A DNA stretch of 64,000 bases from Octopus sinensis (lineage: Eukaryota). Location of the stretch: the NCBI RefSeq assembly GCF_006345805.1, contig NC_043002.1:25172001-25236000 (forward strand), written 5' to 3'. The notes below the pieces were generated by a model that was given only the letters and a program-made list of their open reading frames with translations, made no database searches and was not told where the DNA came from. This document shows, in pieces, positions 37,945 through 51,010 of this stretch. The position numbers and the translations under genes are program-made. Numbering within the stretch: the first letter of the stretch is position 1; each line of letters opens with the position of its first letter.

Positions 37945-39019
37945 CTACAATATAAGACAAAAGAGAAATAGTTCTTAGAATACAGACATCTATTCACTGA
38001 CAAATCGCTTTAAATATTTTATGTTAATGTTGTTTACCCCTTCATTATCTAGATCTATGGTCAAAAACAGTCCTATCAATCATCCTGCCTTTTTAAGGCT
38101 ATCTTGGACTATATTATCCCACATGTCCTTCCTTGTTGAAGTCAGTAGGTTGTGATTTGAGGGAGATATAGTTGCTATTTCAAATAGGTCAAACAATTGT
38201 CTTAGATGGCCCTTAATCAACCTATAAGCTTAACTATCTTCATAAGATCTCAGTTCCTCCAAAGAGTCATCATCATTGCTGCCATTATTGGCATAATCAG
38301 GTCGAGCTTTCTCAGATATGCATGATTCTGTTCATATATTCATCTCTACCTTCCATGCTGTCTGATATTTCTTCTCAATGGCATCCAAAATTATCTGTTA
38401 ATTGATAGGCATATGTCTTCACAGCGCAGCTAACCTGATTACAACTATAAGTTTATATGTAATATTCACAGTTATGATCTACATATATAACTAATATTTC
38501 GCCAATTCCAGAACACAAAGAAGGAACTTGAACTTGGTTCAGTTTGTGAAATATCTCCAACTATTTATTATTCAGCCACCGTCATATTATGTAATTACAC
38601 CAGGAAATTACTAGTACTTCAGAGCATGTTAACAATCAACTGGAGTAAACCTAGTCAACTACCACAATCCCCTCCTCTAGTCCCTTCTACACTAAATATG
38701 AGTTTCCAATTGGCTAATTAATCCTAAACTAGAAGCAGAGGTATCCACAGAATGTTTATAATGGAGCAACATTAACTAATACTTCCTTCCTTTCAATGTC
38801 CATTGCATTCTTCCAACAAGAAAAATTTACCAAATGGAATGTTAGGGAAATTGAAGAATGTAATGGAGTAATTAATATAATTTATAGCCGAGAATGTGAA
38901 TTAACAAAGCTAGAGAAAATTAACATAATTTAGAGTCAGGCAAGTGACACATGACAATCCAAAGATCCAAACTCTGTGTCTCAATGGCAATACAATAAGA
39001 AAAATAATAAACTTCTTAC

Positions 39020-39133
39020 TTGAGGTTGTGATAACATGTCCAAACTCCAGCAACAGATCTTGCCATCGGTCGACACACTGATTAAATTGTGAGCATTCTG
39101 GGTTCCAACTACTTTGATGCAATAAACAGGATG
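39020..39133 (-). CDS. DYNC1I: Dynein intermediate chain exon (WD40)
   Basis: [38 protein letters not shown]; acceptor acag, donor gtaaga. Confidence 0.97.
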
Positions 39134-40915
39134 CTGTCAAACAAATAAATAAATTAATTAATTAAAGTGAACAAATGGCAGAAATGTAAAACATATTTAA
39201 GCTCTCTCTATAACATTTATCATCATCGTCGTCGTCATCGTTTAATGTCCGCTTTCCATGCTGGCATGAGTTGGACGGTTTGACAGAGGGCTGGCAAGCC
39301 AAATGGCTGCACCAGGATCCAATCTGATCTGGCAAAGTTTCTACAGTTGGATGCCCTTCCTAACGCCAACCTCTCCAAAAGTGTAGTGGGTGCTTTTTAC
39401 ATGCCACCAGTGCAAACTAATAACAGGCGCGTGTGTGTGTGTGTGCATAATGTGCACACATCTACATCTGCATTCTCTGGTATAGATTAGGCAGGTTATG
39501 TCAGTTCAAATCAGTTCTCATTCAGGGCTACTGCTCTCCTAAAGCAGATCAGAGAGCCCCATCTCGATTGTATATTTCACTTTGTGGCTTGGTTTCTACA
39601 GCTTGAAATACTTTTTATCATCATCTACTTTACTATGTGTACTGGGTACATTTTCTCATGGCACTGGCGCTAATGAGGTTGCTTTATACCCCTGTACTGG
39701 TGTATTTAGTCTCAGTGAGGCTGCCTTGTACTCCGTTCTGGCATACATGGTGCCAGTACTAGAGGGGTTGCCCTGTACTACATGCTAGTAGTCCATAGTG
39801 CCAGTATTAGTAGGGTTGCCATATAACTCTTAAGATTGAAGTGTCCTCATTGCCCTATGATGTGTCTGGTTGCTCAAGCCATATGTAAAATGACAAAGTA
39901 GGAAAAAAAAACACACAAACAATATAAAATCCCATAAAAATGTTCTGGTTGAAAATATAGCACTGTTCACATCCAGAATATCTAAATTTACATTCAGTAC
40001 TAACAGTGAATCTGCACATATGTGCATACATTTGCCTGTATTGTGTCAGCATCTTTGCACCACATATGATTGCACATGTACGAGTGTAAGCCTACTTTTG
40101 GGTGGTATAAATACACCTTGAGTGAGTGAGATCTAGCATAGGCTTGGGCAGACCTAAGTTTTGTGAGTGAAATGGAGTAGATGGAAAATATGCAAAAACT
40201 CTTTTAATGGATTGTAGCTGTAACTGACAAAAGCAAACCTTTTCATGCTATCATACTGATTCTGCTCACATCAAGGTAAAAATGTTTGTGGAATACTCAA
40301 CCACTTACACTCTAATGAGTAGGTAGTATTGTTGATTAAACAGCTGGGATACTTACTGACACAGTCACAAGATTAATTTATTTTTTACATATCAAAGTAA
40401 AGTAATTAAAAGTAGTGGTATCACCTTCCTCTAACTTGAGTATATGCTCTGACACATCTTCATCATTAACTTCTCTCTCTTCCAACAAGAATAACCATGT
40501 GTCTCCCCTACAGCAAGACATCTATTCTTGACTCTTTATCATGCTTTAACCCCTGATTACCAAGTATAAAGGCACTGCCCTCAGTGCTACACCCCACTTA
40601 GTGAAGGAATCTTGTCATGTAAGTTATTTGGTGACCTCACTTGATGCTAGTGCCATGTAAAAAGCACCAAGTACACTCTGCAAAGTAGTTGACATTAGCA
40701 AGGGCACCCAGCCATAGAAACCATGCCAAAACAAATACTAGAATTCAAGACAGTCACCAGCTCCTATTGAGCTGTCCAACCCATGCCAGATTGGGAATCA
40801 GACATTAAATGGTGATAATGAGTAATGACAGGTAAACAATGAAGACTAAACAAGACAATATGGTGGAGTAAGAGATAATATTTGAAGGAAATTAGTGCAG
40901 TGTTACTGTACTTAC

Positions 40916-41062
40916 CGTGTGAGCAGCTGCAGTGAGTGGAGTACGTTGGACAGGAGTTCGTTTATTGACTCTGTTGTCCCACAGAACAATTTGGCCAGAA
41001 TAGGTGCCTCCAACTACCAAATTTGGGTGGAAATTGGCAAAACAGCTTGACATCACAGCAGA
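40916..41062 (-). CDS. DYNC1I: Dynein intermediate chain exon (WD40)
   Basis: [49 protein letters not shown]; acceptor ctag, donor gtaagt. Confidence 0.97.
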
Positions 41063-41785
41063 CTAGAGTGAAGTGGGTATAAAAAAGAAAGAACAAAGAA
41101 TGATTAACAAATATTACATATACAAACGTACAAATGTAAGATGACAGTTCTAAAAGATATGTAAATGATATTCAACCAAGTTTCAACATACACTTTTTGT
41201 GTAGACTAACTTTGCAGTCATCATCATCATCATCGTTTAGCGTCCGCTTTCCATGCTAGCATGGATTGGACACAATACCAAATATTTAAACTTCAGTGCA
41301 TGTTCCATCTGGCATGGGAACTACAAAAGAGGCCACAATTAAGATTTGAGTATAGCAGGAATGTTACAATTGGACAAAATAAGGTTAAAATAAGCTGAAG
41401 GACTGAGGAAATTTAAAATGTCACCCCAACTGCCTCCTGTGTCGATGGCACATAAAAAGCACCCACTACACTCTCGGAGTGGTTGTTGTTAGGAAGGGCA
41501 TCAAGCTGTAGAAACATTGCCAAATCAGATTGGAGCCTGGTGGGGCCTCCTGGCTTGCCAGACCCCAGTCAAACTGTCCAACCCATGCCAGCATGGAAAA
41601 CGGATGTTAAACAATGATGATGATGATTCTCGACAGCTTTTGTCAGTGACTTAATGACACATGTGACAAACGACTGAAAGAAACTTACTGACTGATCTCA
41701 TGCAAAACAATTTCACATCTCATTACATATCAACTGTAAGTTTTGATGACTTAAAAAATAAGACAGAAAAATGTTTCTGACCTAC

Positions 41786-41911
41786 CTGACAGTGAAATGT
41801 AAATTCAGGTGTGTCTTTCTTGAACTTGGAGTTCCAGACTAATACCACACCATCTGGATCATGTGGAGATTCTTCGTTGGCATTATAAGAAGCAACTAAC
41901 AATTCAGGATG
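41786..41911 (-). CDS. DYNC1I: Dynein intermediate chain exon (WD40)
   Basis: [42 protein letters not shown]; acceptor ttcag, donor gtaggt. Confidence 0.97.
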
Positions 41912-43205
41912 CTGAAAAACAAACATGAAATCCATTAGAATAATAATTTGTGGTGTTTCTAATAGTAGAGAGAGGGTTTAAAGAGTTATGCCATAGTTCT
42001 TGCCAAAACTAACACTATATGTTAAATATAAAGTAAATATGAATCAAATACAAATTGTTTTAATTATAATACAGCTTAATCTGTAAAATGGTTCACTCCC
42101 TGACGTTTCTAGGAGATATTACAAGGACACATATTCCAGGTATATGAAGAAATACTATTTTTAAAATTATATATAGTTTAATTTATTATACATTTTTAAG
42201 ATTACTGAAGGGGTTTATCTGGTAATGAAACTGGTCCAGTTAAATATGTTCACAAAATAGGTGTTAAGAAAAGTTATGTAATTATAACTGGGTTTAAATT
42301 TTTGAAGAATATTCAAAATTTGACCAACTAAACCAAATGGAGACATACTGTGTACAAGGCATCTCACCTCCAGTGCTGGAACCAACTATGTTCATTTAAA
42401 AGTGAATAGTGAGCAAGGCTACAATGAGCGAAGTTACCTATCTAGTACTAGTGCCATGTAAAATGTACCAAGTACACAAAGTGATTGCCAAACGAGCAGG
42501 AAAAGTTTAGGTTATGAGATCCTTTCAATTCTGCCTTGCTGAGGTGCTATGAGAAAATTCACCTCGTAAAGGTGCATACTCTCTCTGTACAGGGATTATG
42601 CCAAAGGAAGGGAATCCAACCTCAGAAACCAAGATATATGGCATGTACAAGCTCTAGTCTTTAGAAGCAGTAGCTCCCAATAAGAAAAATTACTTGGACT
42701 GTGATAATTCATCCAACCTATGCTAGCATAGAAAGTAGGAGTCGGCAGCAATGATATTTTGTATGATGAAAAATTAGACAAAAGGGAAAGAAATAGAAGC
42801 CATCATCATCGTCAACATTTAATGTCTCTTTTCCATACTGGCATGGGTTGGACGGTTTGACAGGAACTAGTAAGGTTAGGGGCTGCACCAGGTTTGATTT
42901 CTATGGCTGGATTCCCATCCTAATACCAACAACTTTAGAGAGTGTATTGGGTACTTTTTACAGGACACCACCAGCATAAATACCAATATTTTTTTATGTA
43001 GCACCTTGGTTTTAGGGCCCCAGGCACCTTGGTAAGTATTACTTTAAAAAATTTTTTAAATTGAAAATATTATCATTTGAGAAAATTGTTATGAAAAGAG
43101 ACAGCATGGAGATAATTGAAGAGAAAACAATAATAAAAAAACAAGGTAAAATAATATTAAGTATATAATAAGTCTCACTGAAATTTCAAATTAGAAAGAA
43201 CAAAC

Positions 43206-43305
43206 CTGAGTTGACCAATCCAAACTAGTAATGGTTCGATGCTTTGACCATCTTTCATCAAAGAAATACCTGTTTAATTTCAGACGATCTCCAGCAAACT
43301 GGTCA
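43206..43305 (-). CDS. DYNC1I: Dynein intermediate chain exon
   Basis: (D)[33 protein letters not shown]; acceptor ttcag, donor gtttgt. Confidence 0.96.
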
Positions 43306-43712
43306 CTGAAAGAAGAAGATTAGATAAAGAGTCAACCCCCAAAAAATAATGGAACGTGATGAGGATGGTAGTAAAGCATCTCTAAATCTTTCATATGAAA
43401 AATATATAAATTGTAATTGACTCAGGGAAATACTCAGCAACAATTTATAGAAATGAAAATTTCTTGGATATAAAACTAATGTATATTTTCAGAAATGACA
43501 CAATCCTTAGATTTCTGCATTATATCTAGTTTTCTTTCTTGTTACTTCCTTCAATAATTTATATAAAAATAAAACTGAAATTATACTGCATCATGCTATA
43601 ATGAAAAAAAAAACTTTGGAAAATAGGTTTAAATTTATAAGATTGTTTTGAGCAACTTCACATGTACTGAAGGGTTTGTCAAGTAGAAATTTATACACAA
43701 AATATTACTTAC

Positions 43713-43872
43713 TCATCTTTGCCTTCTTTATCACTACCAACATAATCAATGTACATATCTGTCTCATTTTCAGCAAGTACACGCTCAACAAGACGAGATG
43801 AACGATTGAAGAAATTCTGGAAATCTTCAGAAGACAAGATCTGTTTCCTCTCATCGTCACTCAGTTCTTTGA
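43713..43872 (-). CDS. DYNC1I: Dynein intermediate chain exon (dimerisation/Roadblock-binding helix region)
   Basis: (I)KELSDDERKQILSSEDFQNFFNRSSRLVERVLAENETDMYIDYVGSDKEGKD(D); acceptor ctcag, donor gtaagt. Confidence 0.95.
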
Positions 43873-45339
43873 CTGAGAGTAATGGTAATAAAACAATGGT
43901 AATAGAGTCATAGTTAAAAACTTGAGTAGATTGTTCAGTTTATGAGAGAAAAATATAACAATGATTTCTACCTTCTATGACTAGTTTTGTCATGCTAAGT
44001 CACATGGTATTGCAATAAGTTAACATTTAAAGATTGCTACATGACCAGGAGATGAAACAGTGGTGTGTTGCACCTTATAAAATTACAATACATGCTGAAC
44101 TTGAGACTAAAGACTTAACAGAATCCACAAGTTAATCTAAATGTATGTGTCTAGCAACAAGTGAAATCATGACAGTTTTACTTTTCTATTTGACCTCACA
44201 ATTCCTTACTACAATAGCCACTAATAGACAAAATCTCTAATTACAACACAAATATAGAATAAAACACTGATCTTGGGTTACTGTTGATCTTAAAACCTCC
44301 TGCTACAAAATTTACTGCAGGATCTCCAATGACATCAGCTCCACAGCTAATCCTACAACCTATATAATTCAAAACCCGTTGGTCCACACTATTCTCTTTC
44401 TCTTATTACTGTTATTTCATACATTACAGACCAGATACAAAATAGCTGTTCAATTTGTTTCTTAACTACTCTCAACTGCATCTTCTGGAAGCACCTCATA
44501 TCCTTGATAGTTCAAATTATATTCTGATCTCTTAGTCTATGAAAGTCTAGGATGCTTGACTGGTACTTCATTGACTCTGGAAGGATGAAAGGTAAAGATA
44601 TCCCAACAGGATTTGAGCCCAAAAGATGAAGAGCTAGAATAAATACTGAAGGTATTCTGTCTGAAGTTCTAACAATTCAGTCAATTCACCAGCATTAATA
44701 ATAATACCATCCACCTTTATTTTATTTGTTTACTTTTCAATTTTTAAAAATGTTTTTCCTTTTTCTCTATCACATGACTTTCTCTATCACTGGTGTGCTT
44801 CTTTTAGTGGCCTACCAATGTATACAATACATTTCTCTGCCCTATGTGTCAGGAAGACACTTGGAAAGAAATAGAAACAGAATTGAAAGAGGATGCTAAT
44901 GAAAATAATGATAATAATAACACAGCAAATATTCTGCTCAATACCACAGATTTGCTTGTCAGTTGTTTGACCTGAACTAATTGAGCATGTCCCTTAGTGG
45001 CTGACAATATGTGCATCGCCATGTGTTGAAAAGAATTCTTTGGGATTTGGATAATTCACCTTTAGAAACCTATGTTTCATTCAACATCCTTAAACAACCT
45101 TATTCAGGGACCTTTTTTAGCTGGGTCCCACCTGCAAGGTCAAGTGCTGTTTATCTTGATATGAGATCACCATGTCATGCACAAATGATTGTGATGCATG
45201 TGCCTGGTGTACCATTATCAGACATTTAGTCATGATGGGTATACTGGGCTTCGTATATTTTACCCCAGTGTCATTTTGATGGCATGCACTGCTCTCTCAC
45301 TCAATAATAGTAATAGTTTCAAATTTTGCTACAGGGCCA

Positions 45340-46230
45340 GAATAATTCTTTCTAAAATAGGCACAAGGCCTAACATTTTAGAGGAAGGAGCTATTCAATA
45401 ACATACATATTTATTTCATTAACTCTGAATGGATGAAAGGCAAAGCTGGCCAGGATGAAATTTGAACTCAGAATGTAAAGATGGAAAAAATACTGCTAAA
45501 CATTTCATCTAGAGTGCCAACAATTCCGTCAGCTTGCCACCTTTATAAAATAATGGTTTCAAATTTTGGCACAAAGCCAGCAATTTCAGGTTAGTCGATT
45601 ATATTGACCCTAATGTTCAACGGGCACTCATTTTATCGACCCTAGTGTTCAACTAGCACTTATTTTATCGACCCCGAAAGGATAAATGGCAAAGTTGACC
45701 CTGACAGCATTTGAACTCAGAACGTAAAGTTGGAAGAAATGTCGCTAAGCATTTTGTCCAGGATGGTAAAGATTTTGCCTTAATAATGATAATTTTGAAA
45801 TCCATTTCTAGCATAGGCACAAAGCTAGAAACTTGGAGTGAGGAGGTTAGTCAATTAAAGAGACCACAATAATTTGCTGGTACTTCATTTTACTGACCCT
45901 GAAAGAATGAAAGACAAAGTTAACCCCAGTGAGATCTGAGATTAGAAAGTAAAGAATTGGAACAAATATCACAAGCCATTTTGTCCAATACTCCAGTGAT
46001 TCTGCCAACCCAATATACCTGATGATAATAATTCTTCCTACTATAGGCAGAAGGCCTTAAATTTAGTTGGTGGGGGGTAGTCGATTACATCAGTCCCAGT
46101 GCTTGACTGGTGCTTATTTTATTAATCCCGAAAGGGTGAAAAGCAAAAATCAACCTTGGTGGAATCTGAACTCAGAATGTAAAGCCAGAAGTAACGCCAG
46201 CATGCTAATGATTCTTCTAGCCCACCTTAA
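45340..46230 (-). mobile_element. Head-to-tail SINE array (about 4 copies)
   Basis: Repeated ggcacaaggcc...cga-cc...gatgaaaggcaaa...tttgaactcagaa units separated by (AAT)n. Confidence 0.8.
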
Positions 46231-46335
46231 TGACGATTATAGTGGAGATGATGATGATGGTCCTGATGATAAAAATGATTGCAGAGAAGAAGAAAATGAA
46301 GGTAATTCATAATAGTGATGAAATAGTTTACTTAC

Positions 46336-46500
46336 TCCATTTTTCAACTTTTGACTCTTGCTCAATTTCTTGCTGTGTCTTGGCAGGCTGCACCATCTCA
46401 ACATGTGGCATCTTGTGTTGATGAGCAGGTGTTGTTTCACTGGAAGCTTCCACAGAGTCCGTGTCGTCATCTGTGTGCCCATTATCGTCATAAACAAGAA
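46336..46500 (-). CDS. DYNC1I: Dynein intermediate chain exon (variable linker); possible in-frame alternative acceptor at 46470
   Basis: (V)LVYDDNGHTDDDTDSVEASSETTPAHQHKMPHVEMVQPAKTQQEIEQESKVEKW; acceptor catttag, donor gtaagt; phase 1-1 fits the next exon; resembles the Drosophila DIC VLAFD..DDEES..LP.V..V.PA segment (from memory). Confidence 0.85.
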
Positions 46501-48459
46501 CTAAATGGTTAATAATTTCAAAGGCTGTCCCCATACTCTTGAACAAGGGTCAAATTTTAAACAAGTTATTTACTACATTGCATGTATGTGTGTACACACA
46601 CACACAAGCAGACACACACGCAGACACACAAATACATGTGCACTCATATACATAAATATTAATACATTCTCCAGATAAACATCAAAATGAAAAAAGATTT
46701 AAAATGCAATAAAACTGATAAAATGAATTAAACATTTTTTTAAAAATAAATTTACTTTACATTTCTTTGTGGCAGTGAAAAGTATGGGGAAAGAATAAAT
46801 TTTCAAATTACAAGTATGGGGAAAGAATAAATTTTCAAATTACGTTTCTACCTTAATTCTTTGAGCTTAACCTTACAACCTGCCCTCCTAACCAGACCAA
46901 TCTACTTGGCTATCATAAGTTACACCTATGTTTATTGAGTTGAGCTCCTACAAGTCTGATAACATTATCAGATGTATATATATATATATATATAACATTT
47001 ACAAGTTGCCAGTTTTAGCTTTGATGTATATTGTTTTGAAATACATATTTTCTCCAGAATTATAAGATTTTGAATAAACTTTCCAAAAATGCTTAGGAAA
47101 AACTCGAGATTAAAAAATTATATATATTATTTGAAAATATATTATTTAAAATCAGATAGCAATTAATATTATTATAATTATTTTAAATATTAATGTGTAA
47201 ATTTAATTAATACAAGTAAGCGCTGACAGAATTAAGAAAATAAATAGCATTTTTACATATGTAATACTTAGTAACATTTTTTAATAGCAGACATCATATC
47301 ACATAGCTGCATCTACAGGCTATTATTGACTCAAACTGAATAAAATGTGAAGTTTACATTAGAATTAAGCTTAGGCAGAGTAGAGCTAGCATGCCACAAG
47401 GTTATAAAATGCTGGAGAAATGCAAGATAGCACAGAAGCAGTGGATTTATTTTTTGTATTTTTTTTTAGCAGATCTTGATTTTTAGTAGGAAAGCAATGA
47501 TATATAAAAAAAATTGAAATAAAATACTGGCCTTCTGTGAATAAACAGAAGTAGTATATAGCAATTATTCGTTAGCTTTGGCTAAAGCAGCCCAAGGCCA
47601 GAACTAGTTACAGGCCTTTCTTGATTTTCTTTTTCAGTTTTGTCAAAAGACACACACACACACACTCTCTCTCTCTCTTTCTCTCTCTATATATAAATGA
47701 AAGATAAATCCCTGGAAAATATGCACACACACACACACAAACACACATATATGTGCAGAAATTTAATCATTTGTCTTCTGAAGATGTGAGAGTTTATCTG
47801 CTGATTTCCTCATCCAATCATTGTATGAATATGCATCCAAGAAGATATGATTATTACACATAAACTGCTACTTCTATTCTCTCATAAAACTAAAATTAGT
47901 CGGCCATTTTAGATATTTACTTCACATTTTAATACACCATGTCTCTCAGTTTAACTATAAAAACAATGCTCACAACTTAATAAACTGAACCAACACAAGA
48001 CTGACACTAATTGGTTTTACCAAACAAACACCACTGAACCATTTCAATAATAACCACATTTACACACAGAAACTCTATAATTAGTATTATATCCTATAGC
48101 TCCATTCAAAGTATATTTTGATATTGCCATAAAACCACCTTCATGGTTTTCTTGATCTTGTCCACAGATGTTACTCAAAGTTTTCAATATGCAGATGTAG
48201 GTAGTATTTGTTTTCATCATCTATCTTTTAAAAGCCCTTGTTTTGTAATTTGTTATTTTTCTTTTCCCTCTGATTTAGTAAAGACATTTTTAAATATTTA
48301 AGGTGGTTTAAATTAAAGCAACATGGAAATAGAGATAAAAATGTTCATTCATTTCATTTCATTTCTACAAGATAAACATCAAAGAAATCCTTGTTATTAA
48401 TACAATTACTTATATGTAATACACACTCTTGCACAGTTACATACACATCTAAAGTGTTA

Positions 48460-48474
48460 TATGTGTGTGTGTAT

Positions 48475-48509
<35 letters not shown>

Positions 48510-48900
48510 CACATATATAGACACACATATATACATACATATACACATATATACACACATATATACATACATATACACACACACACACACATATATATAC
48601 ATATACACACACATATATATATACATATACACACACATATATATATACATATACACACACATATATATATATACATATACACACATATATATATATATAC
48701 ATATACACACATATATATATATATACATATACACATATATATATACATATACACACATATATATATATATACATATACACACGCATATATACATATATAT
48801 ATACACACACATATATATACATATGTATATACACACATACATACATACACACCCCTTTGTTTATGTGTTATATATGTGTGTGTGTGTGTGTGTGTGTGCA
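48460..48900. repeat. Compound (TA)n/(CA)n microsatellite with a higher-order unit of about 20 bp
   Basis: acacatatatatatacatatac-type units; source of the spurious Y/I/T/H-rich ORFs. Confidence 0.95.
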
Positions 48901-50419
48901 TACCTACACAAACGTGTGAGTATACATATAAATATATATAAACACACATATATAAACGTGTGTATGTGTTTTTGTGTGTATGTGTAACACTTCCGTAAGA
49001 AAAGGGGTGACAATGATTTCAAAGTTTCAGTCTGTTAGCCTACTTCAGACTGTCTGAAGAAGTCTAGCAGTCTGAAACTTCAAAGTCACTAACATTCATC
49101 ACTTTAATATTAAGTTGCCTTTATTATAACATGACATAAAAACAACAATATATATATCATCATCATCATCGTCATTTAACATCCGCTTTCCATGCTAGCA
49201 TGGGTTGGATGATGATGATGATAATATATATATATATATATATATAATACACACACACACCACATGTACACACAGAACACTACAAGTAATTTAAAAATTA
49301 ATCCTTAGAATGTGGGGAAGTGTGTAAATGTAACAATAACAGTGGGAGAGAAAGCAGTACACAATTTTGATGAAATTTTACTGCAAAATCTGTAGAATGG
49401 ACCTTATTTCAGTAATAACTACAATAAAATAAGGTCCTTGTTGCTGTGGCAACACAGTGCAGGATATAAAACTAAATGTATTTTAACAAATTTAAGATTA
49501 GGGGGATTGGGGAGATGGTAGGGAGAAAAAGTTGGTAGAAGAGAGAGAGAGAGAGAGAGTGAGTGTGTGTGTGTGTGTGGTGTGTGTGTGTGTGTGTGTG
49601 TAATGTGGGAGAAAATGTAAAGGGATAACAAAAAAAAAAAAGGAAGAATAAGAGAGTAAGAAGAGGGATAACAAAGGAACTATGAAATATTGGAAAAGAG
49701 CAAGAGGCGCAAGTGAAATATAGAGGAAGACGAAAAGAGAGCAAGGATGAGTGAAAAAGGAAAAAGAACAAGGAGATAAAGAACTGGGGACATGATGGAA
49801 TGAAATGTGTAAACTGAGTAAGTGTGTGTGTGTGTGTGTGTGTGTATGATGTAAAAAAGGAAAAAAAAAGAAAGAGGGATTAACTAATGGAAGGCCCTAC
49901 CCCCACTAAATTCTTGAAATGGAATCATGAAGATTGACTCTTCCAAATTAAATAAACTTAAAATATGGAGAATATAGTCGAGTCAAATTGATGAAGATTG
50001 AAGCAGCTAAATATGGTTTGAAAAAAATAATGGACTGGGAAGATAAACTATATGCCAACATAGAAGACGGCAGTAGGAAATAATAAACAATTATTATAAA
50101 CTTACTAATAATTAGAAGGACCTTAACCTTCATGAGAGGGGAGTATTTGAACAAACCCAGTCAATGTTTGGTACCAATATTACTAATCTTGGTGAAAGAA
50201 AAAGTAGTTTGCTCCAAATGTAGACTAAATACCACAGTATTCAAGTGTACTTGTAAGTATAAGATTTGGGGGTTTTGTTTAATGTTACTGGCTCTCAAAA
50301 AAAGCTGAAAGAATTGATGCCAGTGGGATTTCAATGTTAAGGGATGTTAAAAACCACTTGAGAATTTTTCTGGCACTATCATATCAGCCACCCAGTTGCT
50401 TTAATTATAATTGTTTATG

Positions 50420-51010
50420 ATTAAGCCAGCAATTTTGAAGAAAGTGGGTTAGTTGATTACACTGACCCCGATATTTAACTGGTACTTTATTGATCATGGG
50501 AAGCTAAAAGGTAAAGCTGACTTTGGCAGAATTTGAACTTAGGATGTAAATCACTGGAACAAATACTGCAATGCATTTTTCCAAAGCCCTCATTATTCTG
50601 CCAGTTAACCACTTCAATAATAATAATTCTTTCTAATTTTGGCACAAGGCCAGTAATTTGAGGGGAGGTTGATGTAATAACTCCAGAGCTCAACTGGTAC
50701 TAATTTATCAACCCCAAATAGATGAAAGGCAAAGTTGACTTCAGCAGGATTTGAACTCTGAATGTAAAGAGCTGGAAAAAATGCTGCAAGGCATAATAAT
50801 AAAAATCCTTTCTTCTGGAGGCACAAGACCTCAAATTTGGGAGCAGGGGACTAGTCAATTATATCACCCCCAGTGCATAACAGGTACTTAATTTATCAAC
50901 CCTGAAAGGATGAAAGGCGAAGTCAACTTCAACGGAATTTGAACACAGAATGTAGCGACAGATGAAATACCACTTAGCATTTTGAACAATTCTGCCAGCT
51001 CACTGCCTTA
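50420..51010 (-). mobile_element. Head-to-tail SINE array (about 3 copies)
   Basis: Same SINE core, co-oriented. Confidence 0.8.

Noticed and set aside
48139-48156. 18-nt in-frame microexon (DQENHE)
   Set aside because: AAG acceptor without a pyrimidine tract and a weak gtggtt donor
48354-48987. Several 130-200 aa ORFs rich in Y/I/V/C/T/H
   Set aside because: Translations of stop-free TA/CA microsatellites; the same applies to ORFs near 1130, 6641-6919, 25159-25558, 54363 and 62316
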